Shown here: one piece after another, positions 9,307-20,402 of the stretch
How positions within the stretch are numbered: position 1 is the first letter of the stretch
Layout of the letters: the number at the start of each line of letters is the position of its first letter
NCBI GenBank assembly: GCA_035084275.1
Contig: CM068754.1
Location: forward strand, 12,214,001-12,278,000
Reading direction: 5' to 3'
Length of the DNA: 64,000 nucleotides
DNA from: Hydrolagus colliei
Lineage: Eukaryota
The notes under the pieces: generated by a model
Database searches by the model: none
Seen by the model: the letters and a program-made list of their open reading frames with translations, nothing else
What the model was told of the DNA's origin: nothing
Position numbers and translations under genes: made by a program

Positions 9307-12300
9307 TTGAACGGTTTTGTCTTACATGTGTTTTGCAATGAGAGATATAAGAGCACGTTGGAGAAGAAGTAATTTATGTTGCAGAACGTTACTTTATATT
9401 ACAATGTACAAAGTGTTTGGAATTATATCGAATTACATATATCTATTCATGTTGTAGAGAAAATGGAAGATGAAATATGATGAAAAGTGCGTATATCATT
9501 GGACCTGTCAGCCTCAAGTGGACCCTTTATTAATTTACATGTACAGAATTACATTTTTTTAGTCACCACGGCTCATTATTGAAATATTTTAAAAATACAT
9601 AATTGAGTGGTTTACTCTATGACATAAAAATAATTTATAATATATAAAATCTACTAAAAGCCAGAGTTAATAACATTAAGTTGCTCCTTTTGACTTTCTA
9701 GTCTGCACAAGTGTAAACTAATTTATCTGAGCACCTATTAATTAAATCCTGATACAAAACACACGGGACATCCCAAACTGGCATAAGAGATTAACTTTAA
9801 TATTTTGTTGACCTTATAGTGGTGCCTTCTATATTTTAATTACAGATATTGAAATCACAGCATGTATCAGACTGCTCCAATATATATGCTAAATCCGACC
9901 AATATTTTTAAACAAAAAAAATCTTCTGAATTGCTTATTTATCTCTGCTGGTAATAAAAGTCTTAACCTGAAAGCAAGTGTGTGGGATAGATAAATGCAT
10001 ATTTACATTTTTTTTTAATGACAACTGCTGCTTTCCGATTATTAAGATGCAATTTCTTGCAAATATCTCTTTTTTTACATAACAGCTGTTTCTACAAGTA
10101 TTCAGACCACTAAATCAATTCTGCCAAGATATTTAAAAATAATCGACCAAGACAGAAATCAAGCGACAATGCACTCCATATGCATTAATGATGTTCCTTT
10201 TGAATTTTTCATGCTTAATACGTTAATATTATTATGCTGACAATGAATTGTAGTACAGTTTTATTGCATAATTTAGAAAGTATTAATTGTCAATTCATTG
10301 AACCACTTAGGTATGTTTGTGTTACCGATTGCCTTACTACCAGAAAATCAAATACTTTGAAGCAGATTTTCATTCTAAATGCAGAAATCTACTGTATTTG
10401 TTTTGAATTCAAGGCAATAGAAAAATGCTTAAAACATACAGGACAACTTATATTCACTTAATTCAGTTAATCATATTAAGTGGGTTTGCATATAAAATAT
10501 ATAAAATTCTGAACTGCAACTTTTCAGCAAAAGTTTTTTCTATTTTTAAAAAAAGCACCCGTCAACACTCTACAATGTTATTTTCTGCAACAACAAAAAA
10601 AAGTGTGTTAAGTACATGTAAATAGGATTCCAAAAAAAACCGCCCCCGCAACCCGAATGTTGTAATATTTTAAAACGCAAGCCATTGACGCTGTGGTTGT
10701 GATAACGTTGACTTGTTTGTGTTTGCAGCGATAGGATAGGGCACTGTGTGTGTGTGTGTGTGTGAGCGTTCAACGCCTTTCTGTCCACTCTGTAGGCGAG
10801 TACCAGTTTGGGAGCCACTTGAACTTGACAAATGGTGACCCAACACTTTCCTACTGGTGTCATTCATCTTATCTGACTGGCTCCCTCACTCAAAACGGTG
10901 TTGGTTAGGTACAGCAAATACAATAAATACTCAGCATCCGAGGACATTAACGCACACTCGGTGGGCAAGTTTCAGAAAGTAGACAACCCTAGAAAAATAA
11001 CACGCATTGGATAATCGATGCATATTGTCACCAACTTAAAATTAACTCGCCAATCCTTGACCACGGCGTTTGTGTTAATTGTAATGGGAGTTTTAAATAA
11101 AGCTGACTTGTCAGCACAACTGGTGAGAGTTGGAAAGGTGTTGAACCCACAGTACTCTGTTATAACAGCAAGTGAGCAATGTTCTTCTTCTTAATAACCA
11201 TCTCTCCTACACTGTTTGCAATAAATTACATTGAAATTAAAAGGGAAAAAAAATTAAGTGACAGAATACTTCAACCATATCAATCTTATGCCACTATAGA
11301 TTTTAAAAGAATTGCAAACCCCTCACGTTTTCTTTATTTTTGTCGAAAGTGACACTGAAGCAAGTGGTGTTAACTTTTTTTAATTTAAGTGTGTGTAGTG
11401 TTGGTTGTGTTTAAAAACAAATTCTGTGCCTTATTCTCCGTGTTTCTGCTTCACAGTTTTAACCCAACGGTTTTATTATTCCAACAGGAAAAGCATAGAA
11501 AATAACCCAGAGTAGCTTCGAAGACTACTTAACCAGCAATAGTTTTTACACTTTAAATCATTTCCAGACTAATATATCTGGCAACCTTTCCTCCCAGAAA
11601 TCGTGAGTTGTAATTTAATATGTGTATGAATAAAACCTACATTAAAATTCAAATCGTGTGGTATTTTAAAAGTCGCCATAATTGAATTATATTTTGATTT
11701 GAATTACACTTGGCCAAATTGATCAAATTGACGCGAATGTATTTTACAGAGGGAATTAAAGTTTTTGTAAGAAACCTCTCAACGAGCCCTTTAAAGCAAT
11801 ACTTTGCCGTTAAACTGCTTTTTTTCTGTTGCTCACACGGTGCTCACAAAACCAAACTTTATTTCAAGTTGAATAGATTTTGTATACTTTAGTACGTACT
11901 TCAGGATGGTTAGGATTATATTTGCTACGTACAAACCTATATTTAAAGACACATTTGTGGTAAAGAAATCTTTGAAATTTTTTGGAATTATTTCAGTTAT
12001 ATAACTTTCTTGTAACTTTCATTCTCAGATCAATTCGAAGTATGCATAAGAATTAATTTATTCCTCAACTTTTAGTCGTCTTTTGAGAAACATATACCAA
12101 ATTAATTAATAATGACATTTTCTGGTTTATTTTATGGAGTAGCATATACCGAATAGCAATGCTGTTATTCTGTTAAACATAATCTACACCACGTTTAAAC
12201 TTGCTCATTACTGTATTCTGTTCAGACTTGTGCAAACTGTTATAGGAATAATTATATTTCTACGGTAAAATGAGTCACCTCCTGCTGAATTTTAATTTTA

Positions 12301-13140
12301 TCTATTAATTAATAGGAATAATTTTTCAGATAAATAATATTGACAAGTGCAGGCACTTACACAGATAGTTTCGATGAAAGTTAAACACATTTTCGTAACA
12401 AGAACTTTTTTGTTCACAATTTGCACAACAAAACACTCTTTGCAACCCATGAATAAAGCGGATATGAATCAAAATAATTTCCTTAATAACTTTTTAAAAA
12501 AAACACACACACGCCCAGCCAGTGGTATAGACCAATCAATACGAAAACAAATGGGAATATTATCTTTAATACACCTTTATTAATGTCAGCATACATGGAA
12601 ATCAAACACTATATATTTTTTGAACAGTTAAATGGGAGAGCTGTAATGGTCCAAATGAGAGTCTCTGTTTCCTGATCCAAACACAAATTGCTTCATTTGG
12701 GCCAATATTATTCCCCTTTTATTCGGGAGTCATATTAACAGCGGTTTACTGGACTTCAGATGTGCGTCCCTGTTGGCTGGCCCTGATGTACAGCTGCACA
12801 GTGTCTGTGTGTCTGAAGATGTACAGAGATGAATGCCTCTTGTGAATAATAGTTTTTAAAAAGTCCATGTGAAGCTGCACTCCCTTACCCCGCTGACTCA
12901 GTAAAGCTGCAGTGACATGGTTTTAATACTCCCCACGGTGTCCTGGGCGTGCAGCTGCCCATTGCTACGAGGCTGCCTGATGTACAGTGAGTTAGTTAGT
13001 CAGTTGCCCAGTGTTGTGCAGTCAGTCGCTCATATACGCAACCTCACGTGCTTTGCTTGTATTTGCAGTCACTTAATGTCCTGTACGTGCATTTACGTGA
13101 ATCCTGCAGATGCACTCACTTGATACCCTGTATATGGAGT

Positions 13141-13820
13141 GAGTCCTGTAAGCTCAGTGGTCAGAGCACTCGCCTGACAAGCGTGAGACCGGTGTTCGAA
13201 TCCAGGCAGGTCAGGGCCAAGCCTTGGGCAAGTTTCCTTTACTCCACACACCTCATAATAATCCCTCCAGAAAAGAAAAACTATAATAAATCGGTCATGT
13301 CAATCCACGGCTACTTTTGGGGGGTGGGGGGGGGGCTCAGTGCTGTGTGCAATTGGCTGCCGCATTTCGCCCCCAAAATATACAATCAGCTCACTTTACA
13401 GTATTGTCAGGCGATATATCAGTTAGATCGGTCTAATTTTTCATATTGATATGCCGATATTGGAATTTCAAATATATCAATATGTCTAAACATTCAATAT
13501 CTAAAAAGAAATCGGTATATCGCAAATATCGGTACATCGTTTCCGGCGATATATCGGTTATAATGCAGACTTTTTCAACTTACTTTGTCGATATCCGAAT
13601 GCGCGCGCACACCGGAATGCGCGCACATGCGCAGGACAAAAAAAACCGCGATATTGATATATATCGGCATATAGAATTATGGGCAAACTGATATATCGAT
13701 ATCGGAAAATTTCCATATCGACGGACCCTACTTTACAGTATGTTCTGCGACGCGCTTTGGGATGTCTCGGAGACGTAAAAAGTGCTATATCAAATGCAAG
13801 GTTGATCATTATTATTATTA
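13141..13820 (+). mobile_element. tRNA-derived SINE, full length, interrupted by a hAT element
   Basis: A box (agctcagtgg), B box (gtgttcgaatcc), body GGGCAAGTTTCCTTACTCCACAC...CAATTGGCTGCCGCATTTCGCCC, tail GCTATATCAAATGCAAG-(ATT)n; same family seen in at least 10 other places in the window. Confidence 0.93.
13402..13730 (+). mobile_element. Non-autonomous hAT DNA transposon (329 bp)
   Basis: 8-bp TSD CTTTACAG at 13394-13401 and 13731-13738; imperfect TIRs TATTGTCAGGCGATAT / TAGGGTCCGTCGATAT (rc); many subterminal CGATAT/ATATCG motifs; the SINE sequence resumes exactly after the TSD. Confidence 0.9.
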
Positions 13821-14395
13821 ACGGCCTGTATATACAGTCACTTGATATTATCCTGTATATGCAGTCTCCTGATATCCTACACTGTACATGCATCTCCCCA
13901 GGCCCTGTCTTATGCCCTTTCGGGATCATCTCTGTAGGGATCCATCCCGCCTTGACGCCCTGCCACAGCTCATCTCCTGTGAAACTCGTTCCTGACGAGC
14001 TGTGCGTGTATCTGACCCGAAGCCTCGGACTGTACGACTGTAGACGTGGGTTCCTGCTCCAGATGTTCTGGATATACAACCACTGGTGGAGACGTCTTTC
14101 CTGTGCCTGGAGCTGCCTGAATGACCTGTCAGTACAGTTCCCACCCCCCGGTGCTCTGCACAAGGCACATATTGCCCCCTCCCCCCCCCCCCCCCCCCCC
14201 CCCACTCCTTCCCCCCCCTTTTTATTTGCCTCCTGATGCCTTCTTGTTTGACGCAGCCTCCTCCCTCCCTCCCTCCAATAAATTGGGCTGTGCAGTGGCG
14301 CGGCGCCGCCGCCCAGCAGGACGCGCGATACTGGGGCTTGAAAGAGCGACAAAGAGAGACAAGAGGGAGGGAGGCCGAGAGATGGAGTGAAGGCA

Positions 14396-14559
14396 NNNNN
14401 NNNNNNNNNNNNNNNNNNNNNNNNNNNNNNNNNNNNNNNNNNNNNNNNNNNNNNNNNNNNNNNNNNNNNNNNNNNNNNNNNNNNNNNNNNNNNNNNNNNN
14501 NNNNNNNNNNNNNNNNNNNNNNNNNNNNNNNNNNNNNNNNNNNNNNNNNNNNNNNNNNN
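14396..14559. other. Assembly gap (164 N)
   Basis: Run of N. Confidence 1.
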
Positions 14560-14632
14560 CACCGTATCAGAAGGCTACCAATCGCGGTGCAGATGAGAGT
14601 TCGGCACGGTTACGTAGCAACATGGCAAACGC

Positions 14633-14848
14633 TGTGTGTGTGTATCTATCCCTGTATGTGTCTTTCTCTCTGTGTCTGGCTCTCTGTCTGTCTGTCTCTC
14701 TCTGTGTGTGTCTGGCTCTCTCTCTGTGTGTCTGGCTCTCTGTTTGTCTGTTTCTCTCTGTGTGTCTGACTCTCTGTCTGTATGTGTCTCTGTTTCTCTC
14801 TCTGTCTGTTTCTCTCTTGTGTATTAGTGTGTCTCTCTGTCTTGTCTT
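14633..14848. repeat. (TC/TG)-rich low-complexity tract
   Basis: Direct reading of the sequence. Confidence 0.9.
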
Positions 14849-17200
14849 TATGTGGGGGGGGGGGGGGGCTGGTTGGATATTCGCATGCGCATCACTGGTG
14901 CCATATTGCCAGACTGGTGGGGGTTCACGCCCAATGTGGCGGCTTCTGTTGTTGTTGCGTTATGCCGAGGGAGGGAGGGAGGGAGGGAGGGGGAGGTTTA
15001 ATTGGACTGGTGCCTAATTTGCACACACACACACACGAAGAGAAAAAAAGAATAATTTCAACCAGCAACATGCTCCCTATCTCTGCCCACCCCACTCTTT
15101 TGAAGACCAATTCCTATTCACACCGTTTCATGTATTGCAAACGCGCACTGGCCACACACTGCACTGGAAGCCACGCTTTGGGCGACTATTTGGCGTATTT
15201 TGGGGGGATAGTGGGGAGGTGGTGGGAGGCGGGGGGGGGGGAGGAGGGGGGCGGTTTATAAATAAATGCGATGTTAATCTCTGGCAAACTCCTGGCTGTT
15301 GATTCTCTTCTCTCCTCCCTCCCTCCCCCGCTGGGGTGGCTGTTTGTGGCTGTCGACCGTGCAATAAAGCAGAGTCCGGCAGGCGAACTTGTCAGCCACT
15401 CGGCTCTCAGCATCTGTTCTCAGAGCAGTCCAACCCTCTCTGATGATGATGATGTTGTTTTTTTTTCTCTCCCCCCCCCCCCCCCCCCCCCCCCCACTCT
15501 CTCTCTCTCTGTCGTGCAATTGCCAGCTCCTCTGATAGGAGGCACATGGTCAAGGCGTTTGCTCAATTTGTATTTGATGCATTTGTGTGGAGAGAGAGAG
15601 AGAGGAAGGGGTGGGGGGGGGGGAAGGGATTGTCAGAAAAAGTATAGGTTTTGCACGCCATGATTTTTTGTATTGCCTTTTTTTTGGGGGTGGGGTTTAA
15701 AAAAAATGTATTCTTACCTAGACATTTTTCACACGTTGTATTTTAACGCACAGTGGAGCTAGAACAATACTCCTCAAAAGCATGGGTTCGATCATGTTTG
15801 GAGCCTGAACTGCTGACAAGCGTTGGAACCAGGTCGCTCTGCCTTGCATTGGATTGTTTATTTTTTTTGAATAAAAAAAATTGAAATTAACCAAAAAAAC
15901 CAACATATATATGAAGGGCGCGGCGACTGTATTTGGCTCGGAATTGGAGCCGGTGAAGCGGCTTCCTTCCACCTGCCGCGCAAAAAAAAAGCTTTTGTTG
16001 GGATAAGCACGAAAGGCAATCTTAAGAGGATAAAGCTACGCAGACACCCAACACTTAATCACGCAATTGAGTTCATATGGTTTATCCCAGAAGGTTCGTA
16101 TTTAATCGCTTAATACCTCCTCCCAACTCCCCTCCATCCCCCACCCAGACTCCACCTCCTCCTCCCCCTCCACATAAATGCTATTGCATACTGTTCGGTG
16201 AAGGTATTTGTTCCCAGTTTAGCTCGCTTGGAAAATACTGATCCATCCAAACGTTTGTTGGATTGGCAAATCACCCTGCGGTTTCAACATTATGTAAGCA
16301 CTTGTGTAACGTTTGAATTTATGCTGATGTGCGAAATTTAATATGGAAATAAATTGCACAAAACCTCTACTACATTTCACATCTTTCACTACAGTCTCCC
16401 AAACATTTATTTGCTCACACACTTGTCTCATTTGGTGTCCAGTATGTGTGTGTGCATGACAAAGTATATAGCGTGGGAATTATATCATAGTTAATGCCAA
16501 ATTAATTGGAAACAAAACCTACCTTATTTTAAGGTGTAGAATACCAGCTGCGTTAGATTCCTCAGAAGTGTTAGTTGGAAATAGTATTTTGCCAATAGAG
16601 AGACATTTACTAAACATATTTCATAATAAATATTTTCCTGCTCTTAAATTATTATTCAATTATTATTATTAAACTACAATGGAACCACTGGATTATTGCA
16701 TGGCAAAATTGGGAATATTTTACCAGTCTTTATAGGTATTAACCAAAATCTCCTGAGTAAAGGAATTTCTTTGTCAAAAATCTACACTTGATATTTTCAA
16801 AATCACAGCCAGAGCCCATCATCATCATTCTGAATGAAAGTAAAATAAGTGAAATATTTTTCAAAGTTTAGGTTATTATACCACATTATATATATTTGCA
16901 TTCATAAATGGAGCCCAACGCTCTTTAGTTTTAAAAGTTGCCTACCAACTGTTGGGAGCAAATAATTTTTAAAAATGTGCTCAACTTCTAATAAAACAAT
17001 TTAAAAGTACTGTATACGCAAACATATCAATGCAAAATATTTCCAAAATACAAATTACATTAAACATTACATAATGTAAGATTACATAATGTTGAAACAT
17101 TAATTCTTCAATTAATTTTGTTTATATACCATATGCGAAGTAAATTATGCAAACTGGAATAGTCAAAGAATTTGTTCCACAACCATAAATATACAGTCAA

Positions 17201-17312
17201 TTTTGCCCACCAATATACAGTCAATTTACTTTACAATACATTCTGTCAAGTGTTTTGAGACATCAATAAGATGTGAAAAGTGCTATATCAAATGCAAACA
17301 TTATTATATTAT
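17201..17312 (+). mobile_element. SINE 3' fragment (same family)
   Basis: TTTTGCCCACCAATATACAGTCAATTTACTTTACA...GTGAAAAGTGCTATATCAAATGCAA-ATT tail. Confidence 0.85.
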
Positions 17313-18410
17313 AAAACCTGTTGATGTGTTCATAAGGTTTTTAATTTGTTTTACTCCCATTGATAGTGCGCACCACAATATGACCTGCAAACCAGTGTAG
17401 GACTAAGAGGATGACATGAGAAGCTAAACCCATGGCCCTAAAAAAAAGTGTTCAAGTAGTCTAGTTCTTCACATTGGGAAAGATGATTTAGTGGTAGAGG
17501 TTGCTTCTGTGCTTAACAGTAACGTAGTGTCGTATTTGGTCGTTCCTCTCTCTCATGGCTTTCATGTTAGTTTCAAACGTGGATTTAAGAACGTTCACTT
17601 TCTACAGTGACCCTGTAGAACCGCATTAGACATTAATGTAACACACACATCATACTGTATCTTCAAACATGCCGTTTCAGCGATATAAATATGAACTAGC
17701 AGAATATTTTAATAACACAGTGCAACATTTTCACAGGTAAACTTTGGAACTTTTGTTGCCACTTCTCACACGTGTACAAAACTCCCTCATTTAAATGTGT
17801 GCACAAACACACAGGAATTTACTCCAGGATTTTGAAAAGACATTTGGAAACATGGTTGACATTCTGAATTAATAAGCAACGTTTTCAGTTATTAAAATTG
17901 CATTACAACCTTGGATTATAATTACCATATGAGTAATATGTGAATCATAATGGTTTTGTAATAATATATGGTGCTCTGAAATATTAGAAAGTTAATATAA
18001 CTCATATACTGTATTTATAGATAAAAGGTGAAATTTTTTTCCAAACTAAATTTTTAAAAAAAAATCTTCACTCACTGCTGATGTGGGCAAGGACATTCAA
18101 AGAGAGAAGTTAATCAAAACATTTCATAGCTCTTAGTTCTCACACATCAGAAGATTTGATGTGAACAAATCAAAGGAAATAAAACTTATCATCCATATTT
18201 AAGATTTTGAAATGTGTTTGGTTTCACTTACAATTGCAGCTGTTGTATCCAGCACTGTTCCAAAAATATCAAACAGAAAAAGTACTGCTGAAGCTTTATT
18301 ACCCAATATTAGTTTCGCATTGATTTTGGCACGTGATGGTAAATGTAAGAAAGTCCACATAGTTTGATCACTGGCTTTGTATGATTCTTTACATCGGATC
18401 TTTAAATGAG

Positions 18411-18936
18411 TCACCACACTATAGAAAGGATGTTAAGGCATTGGAAAGGGTGCAAAGAAGATTTACTAGAATGGTACCAGGATTGAGGGACTTCAGTTAA
18501 GGGGAAAGGCCATTTAGACTAGGTTTATTCTCTTTGCGACAGAGAAGGTTGAGAGGAAACCTAATAGAGGTTTATAAAATCGTGAGGGGATTCAGCAGGG
18601 TGAATAAGGAAAAACTGTTTCCACTGGTGGGCGAATCTGTGACTCATGGTCACAGATTTAAAATAGTTTCAAAAGAAGCAGGTGGGGGGAGCTGAGGAGA
18701 AATCTTTTCACTCAGCGGGTTGTTCGAATCTGGAATGCATTGCCTGAAAAGGTGGTGGAGGCCGATTCGATAACAGCTTTTAAAAGAGAATTAGATCTTT
18801 ATTTAGGGAGAACAGGTCTGTTTGGTTATGGAGAGCGATCTGGGCAGTGGGATTGAGTTGCTCTTTTCAAAGAGCCGGCACAGACTAGATGGGCCGAATG
18901 GCCTCCTTTGTGCCGTAAATTTCTATGATTCTATGA
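18411..18936 (+). mobile_element. CR1-clade LINE, 5'-truncated 3' end (decayed RT C-terminus plus 3' UTR)
   Basis: Translates SPHYRKDVKALERVQRRFTRMVPGLRDFS* ...RRLRGNLIEVYKIVRG...KLFPLVGESVTHGHRFKI; ends GATGGGCCGAATGGCCTCCT...(ATTCTATG)n, typical of the CR1 tail. Confidence 0.93.
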
Positions 18937-19119
18937 GCCACAAAAGAACCGAAAACTAATGTTTAACTTAAGTAATGCAAGTTAAGGATAACTCCAATGA
19001 ACAGAGGTGTAAAAGCATAAATGAGATAGAGTGTTTGCAACAGTAACAATGATTTAATTCAGCCAATATTATAAATATGAATTGAATCCATCATTTTATA
19101 AACATAGGGTGCAGTTTCC

Positions 19120-19440
19120 TGAACATGTGGTTAGCAGGTTCCTTCTGTCTGCTGCTTGAACACATCAGTGGCCTCTTTGTATTCCATTTCCAACAGAACT
19201 GTCTTATTCATTTTATTTTAAGATTGTTCATCAATTTGAAACCAGATATCTCTGATCTGCGAACACTGTCATTCGAAGAACATTTTAATCAGTTTGCTCC
19301 AGCGTTATGCAATCTTTATCTTGAATTGTACAACCAAGTCATCTTGTCCATATACTTGATCCAATTAATTACATTTTCCTTGGCTATATCCTCTGACAAT
19401 TCACAATACTATCCTGGCTTAGTCTTGCAGAGACCCCACA
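19120..19440 (-). mobile_element. Highly decayed CR1-like RT fragment
   Basis: Recognisable only by loose resemblance to antisense CR1 ORF2 sequence; no clean reading frame. Confidence 0.35.
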
Positions 19441-19544
19441 TGCACCTACAAACTTACATGCCACCACTGGTACTTACATTGGACCAGAAAAATTGGTCCA
19501 GGAAGCAGAACTACTCTTTAAGATCTTAGCTGAGGTAAAACCTG

Positions 19545-19878
19545 TAATAATAATAGTAATAACAATAATAATCCTTGTATTTTGAAATAGCGCTTTTCAT
19601 GTCTTCTAGATGTCCCAAAGCACTTTACAGAATGTACTGTACTGTAAAGTGAATTGACTGTATATTTGTGGGCAAAACGAGACAGCCAATTGCACACAGC
19701 AGTGTCCCACAAACTGAAATGAAATGAAATGGACTGAAATTACCTAATTAATTTTTTTGGGGGGGATGTGGGATCAGGCATGTGGAGTAAGGAAACTTGC
19801 CCAAGGTTTCACACTGCTTAGAATTTAACCCAAGTCTCTTGTTTGAAAGGCGAGTTCTCTAACCACCGAGCTACAGGA
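19545..19878 (-). mobile_element. tRNA-derived SINE, near full length
   Basis: Reverse complement of the head (GAGCTACAGGA at 19868-19878), TGTGGAGTAAGGAAACTTGCCCAAGG body, and (AAT)n tail. Confidence 0.92.
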
Positions 19879-20054
19879 AAGGAATGCAGAATCAGTCTGG
19901 TCCATTTTAATCATTACATGAAGGTCTGTTTTAAGTGCAAACAACTTTTGTGGTGTCTGGTCGTGGCCTTGCAAAAGATTTAAAGCCACTTAATGTCTCC
20001 TCAGTGGTGCAGAGATTGAATTCTGGGATTGCGTATGTTGTTGACATGCATTTC

Positions 20055-20402
20055 GGAGCTCCAGTGGCTTCGTGGTTAGAGCTCTTGTCTTGCAAGCTGG
20101 GGAGACCAAGCTGGGAAGACCTGTGTTCGAATCCAGGCAAGTCAGGGTGAAACTTCGGGCAAGTTTCCTTACTCCACACACCCAATAATAATCTATCCAA
20201 AAGAACCATGATAATAAATTGGTCATTTCAATCTACGACTGTTTGTGGGACACTGCTGTGCGCAATTGGCTGCCACAATTTGCCCACAAATGCACAGTCA
20301 ATTCACTTTACAGTATATTCTGTGATGCGCTTTGGGATGTCGATAAGATGTGAAAAGCACGATATCAAATGCAAGGATTATTATTATTATTATATTATTA
20401 TT
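20055..20402 (+). mobile_element. tRNA-derived SINE, full length, subfamily with 14-bp head duplication
   Basis: GTGGTTAGAGC A-box region, GTGTTCGAATCC B box, body and (ATT)n tail; CAAGCTGGGGAGAC occurs twice at 20093-20120. Confidence 0.93.

Larger units (their letters stand above)
13056..13897. repeat. Degenerate ~24-bp minisatellite (CCTGTATATGCAGTCACTTGATAT), split by a SINE insertion
   Basis: About 4 units at 13056-13136 and about 3 units at 13824-13897 on either side of the SINE. Confidence 0.65.
14240..16000. promoter_or_regulatory. GC/CpG-rich island downstream of zic3, candidate regulatory region
   Basis: CpG-rich unique blocks separated by poly-G/poly-C and microsatellite spacers, with the same texture as the zic3 promoter and leader; sharp return to AT-rich sequence after about 16.2 kb. 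Confidence 0.45.

Noticed and set aside
14090-14116. Walker-A-like peptide VIQAAPGTGKTS on the minus strand
   Set aside because: The frame is only about 51 codons between stops, is followed by prolines rather than a helix, and has no Walker B; probably chance.
13558-14769. Long ORFs (334, 185 and 177 aa)
   Set aside because: They span the N gap, poly-C runs and TE sequence, so they are not credible as whole genes.
7803-18000. Orthologue of mammalian ZIC3 isoform-B exon 4
   Set aside because: No peptide resembling it was found in phase 0; LVPDEL at ~13985 is only a short resemblance in the wrong phase.
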